This document shows, piece by piece, positions 10,897 to 21,899 of a stretch of 64,000 nt of DNA. Both the position numbers and the translations under genes were made by a program. The DNA is from Dipteris shenzhenensis (taxonomy: Eukaryota): NCBI GenBank assembly GCA_047967505.1, contig CM106538.1, one strand, 5' to 3'. The notes below the pieces were generated by a model. The model saw only the letters and a list, made by a program, of their open reading frames with translations. It did no database searches and was not told where the DNA came from. How positions within the stretch are numbered: position 1 is the stretch's first letter; every line of letters starts with the position of its first letter.

Positions 10897-10963
10897 TAAA
10901 ACCCTAAACCCTGCCTGCAAATTGGTTTAGGGTTAGGGTTAGGGTCATGGTCAAGGTTTAGGG
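10897..10963. repeat. Short interstitial telomeric repeats in opposite orientations
   Basis: CCCTAAACCCT (10902-10912), spacer, TTTAGGG TTAGGG TTAGGG (10926-10944), TTTAGGG (10957-10963). Confidence 0.8.
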
Positions 10964-13096
10964 TAGACAGAAGAAGAGATGCCAATCTTTTAAGTTTCTT
11001 GCAAGAGATTTTGTTTAGTGCATTGGTGTCTGATTAGCAAATGTGAAGTTTGCTACGGTCTTGTGGACTTCTTGAGGCACATTGTCAATATTAACAATTT
11101 TTGTTTGTGCCTTGAGGAGAGCCATGACAGCATCGCCAAGTTGATGAGGTAAACTATAGAGATAATGGCGTTTGGCAGAAGTGTCAGAAAAAAGACCAGC
11201 TCTATAAATTAGCTACTATACATAAGCGTTATAGGCCTCTAGCTAGAAAAGATCACAAAGTTATAGAGCAGAATACAATTGGATGCCTATGTATGATCAT
11301 CAGTGAATGTCGGCAGAAATTGATTAGAGATTGCCGCAATCAAGGCATCAAGAGCATTGGGTTGGTGATTACCATCAACATTGGAAAAGATTTACTCTTT
11401 TGATTCGTCAAAAAGGAATTCCCACCAATTGCCGAGTACACCAGTGAAGCCTTTGGTAGTCTCGACTGCAGCATCACGTGGATTCCATCTGTGCACTATG
11501 ACTAGAGACATCATGTGACCATAAAATATTTTTAGAAGATCCTTCATTGCCTGAGGAGAGGTAGCATCAATATTAAGGATATAACCCAAAAAGGATTTGT
11601 GCTGCAAGCATCGCTGCAAATCACGTTGCTCGTCGAGATCACCGTGCATGAAATGAGTTTGGAATTCGGCGCGCATGAACTGGGAGTCAGGGGTATCATG
11701 AAAAGCCATACGACGTCCACGCCATGGTTGCTGCTATTGATGTTGTTGTTGCTATGGAGCCGAATCTTCATCCATTGGCTCAACCTTCGCTCCTTGATTC
11801 ATGTAAAGTGTCGAGAGATCAATGGAGGATGAAGTATCAGATCTGGGAGAAGCAGGTGGTGATTGTGGAGGGAGCTGAGGAGGTGGCAAGGGCATGGGAT
11901 CAACAGGTTGCGAAGGACCAGGGACTGCTTTGAAAGGATCACGTGAGTCAATATTGGCAAAATGGGTAGGATTAGTCCATTCGCATCGGTGGCCCTAGTG
12001 CCAAGTATTATCATACAAGTGGGAGGATTGATGGCAATAGTTTGTATGATGATGTGTCGGGATATTGACGGCAATAGTGTGCTTGTACTATGATGAGTAG
12101 CATCGGTAGGTAGGCGAGTAGCACTTTTGGAGGACATCCAGTCATGAATGGCGTCAGCCTTTTCAGGCGACAGACTTTGAGCAGAGGTAGTTGCTTCAAA
12201 TGTTGAGTCAGGGACGTCATCAGGAGCACATGGTATGGAAACATGGGAGGAAGATGGAAAAGAAAGACGCATCACTCTTTTCCCATGGTCACGATGAGGG
12301 CGAAGCTTGATGATAGACTTGGAGGGAGCATCCTCAATCTGGAATGTAGGAAGTTGAGAAAAAGCTTCCTCAAGAACAATCTGGTAATCCATTTCCCATT
12401 CAACAGGCATGGGAAGAGCATCAAACTTGAAGCGAGTAACATCTGCATTAGTTTTTCCATAAAGAATGCACTCATCTTTTGTGTTGACATGACGGGAAAT
12501 ATGATTGATAGTGGATACTAAATAGTTGATAGACTTGACATGAATTGCACAATACCTAGGATGGGGTTTCATAGAGAGACCCTTGACCTGGACATAAAGA
12601 CGAAGTATAGTAGAAAGATGCAGATTTGCTAAGGACATCTTAAAGTTCGGATATACAATTGTATGGATAGGTTCACGGTTAAGGTTACCATGAATAAGAC
12701 CAATTCTAGCATCTTTGAGATGAAGATGACGGGTAACTACAAGACTAGCCATACATGTGGCATTTACACCCATACGGAATAATGGTTCTATAGCTAAGAC
12801 GAAACAACCATAGTGTATGTACTGGTATCCTAAGTCCTGAAAAGCATCAATCTCATGGGGAGTAAACAGAGGAAGATATACACCAGTGGATCCTTCGTCA
12901 TAGCAATATTAACAACCACTTTAGCAATTTTAATATGCTTGAGAGCACGAAAGTGGAAAGCAGAGAACTTATAGATATTTTCAGGGTTGATAATCAGCAT
13001 GTTCCAATCAGTCTTGGGATCAATAATTTTAGAGGAAGAAGAAGCAGCATGGGTAGAGGTGAAGCGGGAAGAGAAAGATCACATTGCAATAGCCAT
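10964..13096 (-). pseudogene. Second viral copy: 30K-type movement protein plus N-terminal coat protein (truncated)
   Basis: Aligns with ~22180-24782; YIHYGCFVLAIEPLF, GLIHGNL..VYPNF; GFTGVLGNWW; lacks ~0.5 kb present in copy 1. Confidence 0.85.
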
Positions 13097-13234
13097 TGGA
13101 TATATGAAGGCTTGGAGACTTTACTACTTTCCTCATGCAGTTTGGCTCAACCTCAACATGCCTCTCTTTGGGCTTCAACAAGGAACACCTTGGCAACTTT
13201 CGGAACAAGTAAAGAATGAACAAGGCTCTCATTT

Positions 13235-13950
13235 CAAGAAGAAGCAGGATCTAGAAACAAGTGTGGAAATGAGTAGCAGAAGAGTAACAGGGAAGTGGAA
13301 ACACAGATGAAAGTTAGATGGAGTAAGGACAAGAACCCACAAGGATACCAAGAGGAAGGGAGAACACAAAGTTGGGAGAAGATGCATGGATTAGGTAGAC
13401 ATAAACGGGATAAGCAGTATGAGGAGATGTGTGGATAAGAGAAAAGGAAGAGTCAAAAGCGAAGAAAAACTCATACATGATGGTGAAGAAATGGTAGAGG
13501 GCATGCATGGAAAACTAAGAATAGGAAGAGGAGACAAAGGAACAAAAACTGAAGGGAGTAGAGGATTGGAGGCAAGGAGTCGGGAGCAAGGTTGTAAGGA
13601 AGCTGAAATTATATTGCAAAAATTGGAAACGCATACAAGCTCTGCCTTCTAGTAAGCCAAGGGTGCTCTTATATAGAAGCGAGGTTGGTGGCCAGCTGTA
13701 TTCCTCTTTGGTGGCCAACTGTATTCTAGTTCATGAGTGCGGGATTCATTTGTACATAGCCGAAAGATGAAAAGGACATAAAGGTGAAGGTCTTACCTAG
13801 GATAGTAGGCAGTGTCTAATCACCAAAAAAATCTTATGTACATTATGTCACGAGGTGAAGATCTTACCTGGGACATCAGACAGTGTCTAATCACCTTGAC
13901 AAGACAAAATGCTTATCCAAGATCATTCCTAGTGGGTAGGAGGAGCCCAC
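13235..13950 (-). promoter_or_regulatory. Viral large intergenic region with 35S-like TATA (CTATATAAG at 13668-13676) and duplicated upstream motifs
   Basis: Between the RNase H end and the MP start; repeats ggtggcca.ctgtattc x2 (13687-13727) and ggtgaag.tcttacct..cagtgtctaatcacc x2 (13783-13895); pyrimidine-rich leader downstream. Confidence 0.7.
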
Positions 13951-15214
13951 CATTCTGTTCTTGCTAGTAGGGTGCACCTTCACGTGATAACATGTCAGGA
14001 AGTACATTGGTGACACCTTTTTTCCATTCGAAAGTGAAGTCATACATGGTAAAGAACTCTTGCTAACAAGTGAGGCGTCTGCGATCAATTTGTTTATCAA
14101 TCTTGCGAGTGCAAAAGGTTTTAAAGTTTTGATTGTCGGTGCGGACAATGAAGGTTTTGTTGACTATGAAGAGTTCCATTTTCTGGATAGCATGCTTGAC
14201 TACCAAAATTTCTTTTTCAATGGAATGGTAGTTTTGCTCAGTACCTTGGAAAGTACTAGATTTGTAGGAACAAATGACCTCTTGTGTGGGAGTGCGCTCC
14301 AAGAGCACAACACCCTAGAAATTGTTAGATGCATCCGTCTCTATTATTAATAAAACATGTTCAAAGGGGATGCTTAAAGCAGGAAGGTGTTGGACTCAAT
14401 CCTTGATTCATTGACCAGCTTGAGTCCTCCTTAAGTCTAGGGTTGACCCCATGGTTGGCCATCTTTTCTGAGGCAAAGTTGGAGGGCATATCGATCTCAT
14501 GCCAATTGCTCATAGAAAGAGGAGATATGGTTGAGGCAACCAAGAAAGTGCGATCTTTGATTTCATCAGGGAAGGCAAGGAGGGCTTTCAAGACATGGTC
14601 CTACATTTGGTGGCAACCTTTATAGATGTGGACACTAAGAAATTCAATTGTCTCTTGCCCAATGGTGATTTTCTTGGCGGATAGAGCCCCAAGCCTTTAG
14701 CCTTGATTAATTCATACACAATAATTAGGTGCTTAAGGTGCGAAGAGGCATCCTTACTACATACAAAAATATCATCCATATGCACTAAGCAGAAATCATG
14801 ATATGCTCCAAAGATTGAATCCATAAATTTTTGAAACTCAATTGGAGCAGTCTTCAAACCAAACAGAAGAACATTCCATTGGTAAAACCCCTGAGGAACC
14901 ATGAAGCCAGTTTTATGGCGATCTTTAGGGACGAGACCAACTTGCTAGAAGCCACCTTTGAGATCAAATTTAGAAAAGATGGTGGATTGTGTAATCTTAT
15001 TGGGGATATAATTTATTACCAACTTCTTTTTACCACGCTTCTGCTCCAAGAGTTTGTTGACATAAAAGGTAGTTACAGCTCATTCGGAGTGAGTGGGAGA
15101 TGAGGCCCATATCTAGGAGTTCCTATATGTCTTGATTGCAAAGAATTTGATCATCCTAGGTAAACCCATAAGGGCTTTCTTTAAAGGGCTTCGAATTCTC
15201 CAGTAGGGAAAGTG
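13950..15214 (-). pseudogene. Caulimovirid RT-RNase H
   Basis: EQKRGKKKLVINY, FSKFDLKGGF, VPQGFYQWNVLLFGLKTAP, LVHMDD, ETDAS, NYHSIEKEIL, FIVRTDN, NVLPDMLSR; internal deletions. Confidence 0.9.
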
Positions 15215-15226
15215 AAACCTAGTGCT

Positions 15227-18200
15227 CCCTTACCTCAGGAGGAGACTCTTGATCCTATTTAGACAGACGCCTTCCAGACTCCAGAGGTGGATGTTGCTGC
15301 AACCCTAGACACTACAGTTCCACATCAGGAGGGGCCTTTAGATCCACCAGCCCCAGTCACTTTGGTCTCTGACCCCTTGGTTTCTGACCATGAGGGGACT
15401 ACAGGTACTTCTTCCCTGCAGACTGCTCCTGCCATAGTCAAGACAACGAGAAAGTGTAGGTGTAGATGAGGGCTCCTGATTCCTCTTCACCCCATCCACA
15501 GGCCTCCTCAACCCCCAGCTCCGGTTCTGCTGATAGAGAACTGGCAGGTCCTTCTCCTCCATCTTCCACGAGTGTAGGTCTTCTTTGCACTCCTTGGCCA
15601 GACTTGCTTATCAAGAATTCTTTTTTGGCATTGGCAGATTCGGCGACTTTCATGGATGATGAGGAGTTTGTGCCCTCCACCTTAGGGGTCCCGATCATTG
15701 GGATTCCTTCTAACAGGGCCTCCCTTTCAGCAGGTGTGGGGATCCTTTCACCTGTTGAGTTTCCTGCCCTCAGCAGGAGTGTTTTGGCCCAGGGGAAGTT
15801 GGTCTCCTCTACTAGGTCAGGTAAGCCTTTCCATCCAGCATCCTCTTGTCGATGAGGATAGTCAGCTGGAACATACAGGGCCTAGGCGGAGTTCCACACC
15901 GTCACTGTAGGTAGCTGATCCGGAACTAGCTTCATCCAAGCATCACTGGAGGTGCTATTGATATCCTTTTTATCCAGGAACACAAGATGGATGCCAGTGA
16001 TTGCTCTAAGTCTGGCAGACTGCTTTCAAGACATACCTTCTGGTTGCCTGCTATGGGCACAAGGGGAGGTACTTGCATTTTGATCTCTCTTTCTATTCTC
16101 CCCTTGGTTGTTGGTCATGGTATTATCTCCCCTTCTAGAGCTCAATGGATCATTATTTTGATTGGAGGGCGTAAGATTGGTCTTCTCAATCTTTATGCTC
16201 CCAACAACAGAGGGGAACAGATCTCCTTTTGGAAGGAGTTACTCTCTTGGGTCCCCATTGCAGATTCTTGGATCATTGGTGGCGACTTCAACATGGTTGA
16301 GTTGCCTTCAGACAAAAAGGGAGGTAGACAGGGTGGAATTCATTCTTTGGAGAGGGCAGCCTGGGATGCCTTTCTCTTTTAGTTCAGTGGCAGAGACACT
16401 TGGTTGGATGATGCCTTTCATATTATGCCACAGTCACTCCTGTACTCTTGGTTGAACATGAAAATACACATGCCCAGCACGGATTAACAGATTTTATGTA
16501 GACAATTGGGCACTTGACAGAGGAGGATCTATATGCATTTCTACTCGGGTTTCCACCTCAGATCATTTTCCAATGGTGTTGCAGATTATTGAGCCTCATT
16601 GGAGAGGATGCTCTGCTAGTGTCAGGATTCCGGATGCTTTTTATGCAGAGGAGAGCCTCACGAAGGATATTTTATAGATTTGGGTTTCTCACATATAGGG
16701 TGGAGCTATCCATCCATCTCAGGTAGCTGCAGCCTTATCCGGAATTAGTGACTATTATCATACAGTCAATGATTCTAGGAGACGTGAGATTCTCAAATGT
16801 GAGATTGGTATACGCCAGCAGTTAGGATCCCTTCAGAGGGAAGAGCAGAAGAGGCCCATAGATGCTTGGATTTAGGAGCGCCTTGTTGCAGCAAGGGCTC
16901 ATTTGCAGACATTGTTGGATCAGAGAGCAGAGTATGCCTTTCATGCACGGGAATCCTTTTGGATTCAAATGGGTGGCAGGGTCAACAAACACTTTTTCTC
17001 TACTCATGGGCCCAGATATAATAGAGATAGTGTTTCATAGCTTGTTGACTCAGACGGGGTGTTACAGTCACATCCTGATGCTGTCATGCATGTAGCTTCA
17101 GATTTTTTTGCATCCCTTCTTACTGCATATCTAGGCACACAAGCCATTGACGATGCTAGAGAGGTTATTTGGCAGTGTATCCATGTATTGGTTAAGGATG
17201 AGATGTATGTTTCTTTGGATGCACCTTTCACCAATGCACAATTCAAGATTGCATTACTTGCCCTTCACAAGGGCAAGTGCCCAGGTTCAGATGGACTTAC
17301 TGCCTCCTTTTTTATTACTTTTTGGGAGCAGATTGGTGATCACATTACATCAGCCCTATACGGCATGTGGGACTCTGGTGAGATGCCGGGATCACTTACA
17401 GATGGTCTCGTTCATCTCATCCCAAAGGGGGGTAATAGGAATCTTGTGTCTCAATGGAGACCCATCACTCTTTTGGGAACTTTTTACAAGATTCTGGCGA
17501 AAGCCATCAGTCTGTGGCTATATATTTTTCTTCTAGATTTGATTTATGACATGCAAACAAGGTTTGTGCATGGCAGAAGTATTTTTGATAATATTTTCTC
17601 ATTTTGGGAGGCCTCAGAATGGGCCATGCAGAGCCGCCAGAGATTGGCCATTCTACTCTTGGACTTTGAGACAGCTTATGATAGAGTAGACTAGGATTTT
17701 TTAGAGGGTACTCTATCTCGCTTTGGTTTTTCAGATGCATGGATTAGAGGAGTATCCTCTCTCTACAAATCAGCCCATAGCCAGTTGCTCATTTGGGGGG
17801 TAAGAGGGGACAGGTTTCAGATTTCCAGATCCGTCCGCCAGGGATGTCCTCTTGCCCCGTTTCTTTTTCTATTTGTGGCGGAAGCTATGAGTATCTACAT
17901 TAGATCTCAAGCTGATATTTATGGGCTGAGGCTTCCTATCCACTGGGAAGAAGAGCTCCTGGATAGTGAGTTGGCAGAGGACATGGCTGTTTTTTTGGAT
18001 GCCTCCCCCAGGACACTCACTTCCTTCCGGACAACCTTGGATTTGTTTTGCATGGCTACAAGTGCACACATTAATTGGCATAAATCCAGTGGTTTTTGGA
18101 TTTGCGAGGATGACACCCCGGATTGGGGTAATGATATTGGCTTCACTTAGGTATAGAGGGGCTTCTCTATTAGATATTTGGGCTGCCAGGTTGGGGTGGG

Positions 18201-20285
18201 CATCTCTCCCTCACAACAGTTTGCTCCGGTGTTGGAAAGCATTAGAAGAAAGCTCCTTTTCTGGAGCTCAGCCAAACTTGACTTGGCCTCTAGGGTGGTG
18301 GTGGTTAACCAGGTCCTTCTAGCCACAGCATGGTTTATATGCTCTTGTTGGTGCCACTCTAGCGATTGTATCACTCAGCTTAAGAGGCCTGTACGAAACC
18401 TTTTATGGAGTGGTCTAGATGGCACAACTGATGTTATAGTCAAAGGGCTTGGAGACCTTGATTCTTCCTACAAGAGAAGGGGGTTTGAATATCATCGACC
18501 CAGATCTACAGTTCAGAGCTTTACTCTGCAAGTTTGTTGTGAGAGGGCTTACAAGAGCCTTGGAAGGATTTTTTTATTAGATGCATACAGTCTCGCACGC
18601 CCACTTCAGGAGAGGATTGGACAACAGTACTAGATGGGTTTTCACCACAGCCCACCTCAGGTCTCCCTCTTCCCCTCTTATGGTTGCTATCCTGAAAGCA
18701 TGGGCCAGCTTCAGGAGTACTCTTCGCAAGATTCCCCCATCCACCCATGAAGAGATTGAAAGGCAGCCTATCATGTGGAATGATAGGTTTTTGGATGAGC
18801 TTGGCAGACCACTTGGAGCTTCTCCTTACATGCAATGGCCAAGATGGGAGAGGGGCCCTGCATTTACAGTGGGAGCATGGAAAGCCTTCAAGAAGCTTCC
18901 TGCAGACCAACAGGCCCAGATGGTTCTTAATCTCAGAGGGAGTGTAGGGAGAGTCCAACAGATTGATGCAGCCTTGCCCTTGGATTGGGTGGACACAGAT
19001 GACATGCCTATTACTTGCTCCACCTGGATGGGGGCATTTTCTAGATTGGGAGTTCCTTTACAGGTGATTGCTTTTCTTGACCCACATGAGGATGCCTTAG
19101 TATTTGATGTTTCTTCGGGGGGCAGGCTGTCCAGATCCACAGACGATATCTTGTTGGAGGTACCATTTTAGCCAGTCAGGATAGTAGGCTTCATGGAGCA
19201 TGGCTCTCTTTCACAGTGGTACTTGGATCCTGACCTACTTCTCCTTGCCCTTGGCTCATGGAGGTTGTGGCTCTATGGAGGTGTCCCAATTAAGTTTTTG
19301 CAGTGGGACCCTAGGGAATGGGAATGGATAGATGAAGGGCACCGAGAGAAGGGCATCCCCTTCTTTTGTTACACGGTCAATAATGCCAGAAATTCCAGCT
19401 CAGCTCTAGGGGTTGGAAGCCTACCAAAGCTCCTCATTGGGAGAACTTTTAGATTTCTACTGACTTGTAGAGAATTTTTTAGCAGAGGCTCTAGAAATCC
19501 CACTGGAATAGAAAAATCACACTCTTCTTTTGGCTTTCTATTCATGGTGGGATAGCAGTGAACCATTGGAGATCCAAGTTTAGAGCTGGCCCTTCTTGCC
19601 CTCGCTGCCTTTCTACTTTGGAGACAATACAACACTGCCTATGGGATTGCAGATCGGTGAGAATTATATGGAAGGGGATTGCAAGACTTTTCAGCACTTT
19701 TGTTTGCCTACCTTTCTATATGACCTGGGGATCAGTGACTTGGCTTACTCTTTTAGGACCCTTGGTATTTTTTGAGAGACTTGACTCCTCTTGGGCTCTT
19801 CACATCCGACGACACCTTGTGGAGTCATGCTCTCTAGAGGATGTTCTGGCCACTCTTTTCAGGGTTGCTCACTCCTCGGTCGACTCTCCATGGGAGATCC
19901 TAGCTAGCATTGCAGCATGGCACATTTGGAGAGCCAGATGCACTGAGGCTTTGGAGGGTTCTCAGGTTCACCCTTCTCAGACCTTGGCCAGTACTTGGAC
20001 AGATACGATACACACTCTGATGGCCATTTGGGTGACCATGCAAGGATCATCTCGAGCAGCCTCCTCTAGGAGAGTTACTTTTCTTAGAGATTGGAGAGAT
20101 GCTCCCTTCTTTGCTGAGACTTCTATAGGGTTGAGATGGCATTTTCAGCCTCAGCCTTGGTTTCTTTCTACCTCATTCCTCTGAGGTGTTTTTATTACAT
20201 GCCTAGCATGGTGTATTTCTGCACAGATCTTGCTCTAGCGGGTTTCTTTCTTACTTAATAGAAGTCTATTTTTTGAAAAAAAAAA
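15227..20285 (+). mobile_element. 5'-truncated L1-clade LINE with poly(A) tail and 12 bp TSD
   Basis: TSD aaacctagtgct at 15215-15226 and 20286-20297; A-run 20276-20288; APE endonuclease, RT and C-terminal zinc finger motifs. Confidence 0.95.
15900..20184 (+). pseudogene. L1 ORF2 (APE endonuclease-RT-zinc finger), disrupted
   Basis: NLYAPN, IIGGDFN, KCPGSDG, WRPITLL..YKILAK, LDFETAYDRV, VRQGCPLAP, LAED (for ADD), CPRC..ETIQHCLWDC. Confidence 0.92.
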
Positions 20286-20297
20286 AAACCTAGTGCT

Positions 20298-21040
20298 GGA
20301 AGATTTGCTTGAAGGCCAAGGGAGATTCGCTGCTGCAATCTTGGATGAACCATTGCTGCATTTCTTGCGGGGAAGATAGCATGAGGAGAGTATGTTGGGA
20401 GGCCCTCAAGCTTTTCTGCTCATCATTCTGGATAAGGCTTTAAATGTATTCATCTAATTTAGATCCTTCAAGGGGCCTTTGTGCATCATCAAGCATGGGA
20501 GTGAATGGATGAGGAGTAGGAGATGGCAACGGAGGAGTGGTACCATATTCAGGAGGGGGACTGACATATTCAAGAGAGAAAGGGGAAGAGCATTGATGAA
20601 CAATTTCCAAGTCTTCCATGAGGGGCTTTAATACCTTCTTTAGATGCTCTCGAGCCGGAAGACGAACTATTGCTCCTTGAATTGTCAGCACCATCTCTGT
20701 GGCAAAAACACCAAAAGGAAGGTGGCAGTTAAGAAAATCATTGCCAATGACCATGTCTACCCCCTGAGATTCTAGCTAATAGAAGTCGATCGAAGTTGAA
20801 TGTACATTAAGGGAGATTGGAATATTGGAAGCAAAATGTTTGTAGGCTATGAAAACACTACCTATAGTTGAGCCATGCATCTAGTCATGCGATTATAATT
20901 CCTGCCAGCAAGCCTGGGGAAGTGCTCTGTATTTACAAATATTGAAACCTGAGCTAGTATCAACAAGAGCTACTAAAGAATAGGGAGGAATGTCAGGGAG
21001 ATGAAGCTGTACATTTATTAGCCAGGTCTTCATGGGATTA
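20298..21040 (-). pseudogene. Caulimovirid aspartic protease and linker
   Basis: ALVDTSSGFNIC (~20940-20975) and DMVIGNDFL motifs; continuous with RT once the L1 is removed. Confidence 0.8.
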
Positions 21041-21899
21041 TGAATCGAAGAAGCTGGTTGGGTAAAAAAATCTTGCAGAGAGAAAACAGTGGTAGAGGGG
21101 CTAGCATTAGTGGAAAGAGAATAGAGCTTACATTGGGTCAGATGTTCTACTACCTTGCGATCAAGAGAATCTATTGATGACTGGAGTTTGGTGTAGTTTT
21201 CTATGATTGATGGATTTTGAGGCCATCAATGCTAATGCCAGGACTTTCGAATTGGTTGTAGCATAAAGGCCATTGAGAAGAAGACATCTCAGCTTTTGGA
21301 GCAGGGCTAGTATGGGGAAATATAGGTTGGAGGGGAGGAGCTAGTGCAGAGAGAGTAGACACAGGGGTTCGCCAGATAGGAAGGGGAAGATGACTGGAAG
21401 GTGGAATAGGTGTATGGGCAGAATGGGGAGGTCGGAAAATAGGACTAGAATACCGAGTGGATGGCTGATGGCGGTAAGTTGGGGATGCTAGAGAGGATTC
21501 ATAGAGTTCTTCGGAATTCTCTAGATCTCAGCTAAAGCCCCTACCTTTACCGTGGCCCCGATGCATGGAGCCTTGAGAGAACCCCTTAGGATAGTGTCAT
21601 GAAGGGGGTCATTCTTCGGGTGAATCACTGGAGCTCGTTGAAGAGATTTCAATGTCGATGTGGAAGGGGTCGCATTGGTGAGGATAATTCATCAGGCTAT
21701 AAACATTGGGATCATCTTCATCAGCACGAACCATGCATGAATAATCCTGAGAGTAATCATAAGAATCATTCAATTGACAAGCTAAACACTGAGGGGTATC
21801 TGATTCAAAACATTCTAGCATGGATTCACTAGATTTGCCTTGGGAAACAACTTCCCATTGGTTGCGATGCTGGATAGTAGTAAAGAAACCCTTGAGTTG

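Larger units (their letters stand above)
3913..10912 (-). mobile_element. Endonuclease-deficient Penelope-like retroelement array (Athena/Coprina-type): partial pLTR-ORF1-RT-pLTR-pLTR-ORF1 on minus strand, plus an inverted 3' fragment on plus strand
   Basis: PLE-type RT with no GIY-YIG domain, upstream coiled-coil ORF1, tandem and inverted ~1 kb terminal repeats, telomeric heptamers at unit junctions, hammerhead motifs. Confidence 0.88.
9952..10912 (+). mobile_element. Inverted 5'-truncated PLE copy (RT C-terminus plus pLTR)
   Basis: Reverse complement of ~5700-6820 with an internal deletion; LKLDYSKYTKALNLG..PIICWRNP; (CCCTAAA)2 at 10092-10105. Confidence 0.88.

Noticed and set aside
10897-10963. 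Chromosome end-to-end fusion site
   Set aside because: Orientation is C-rich then G-rich, opposite to a fusion, and the tracts are very short
13891-15214. Ty3/Gypsy pol
   Set aside because: No integrase or LTR follows; linked to a movement protein; motifs are caulimovirid
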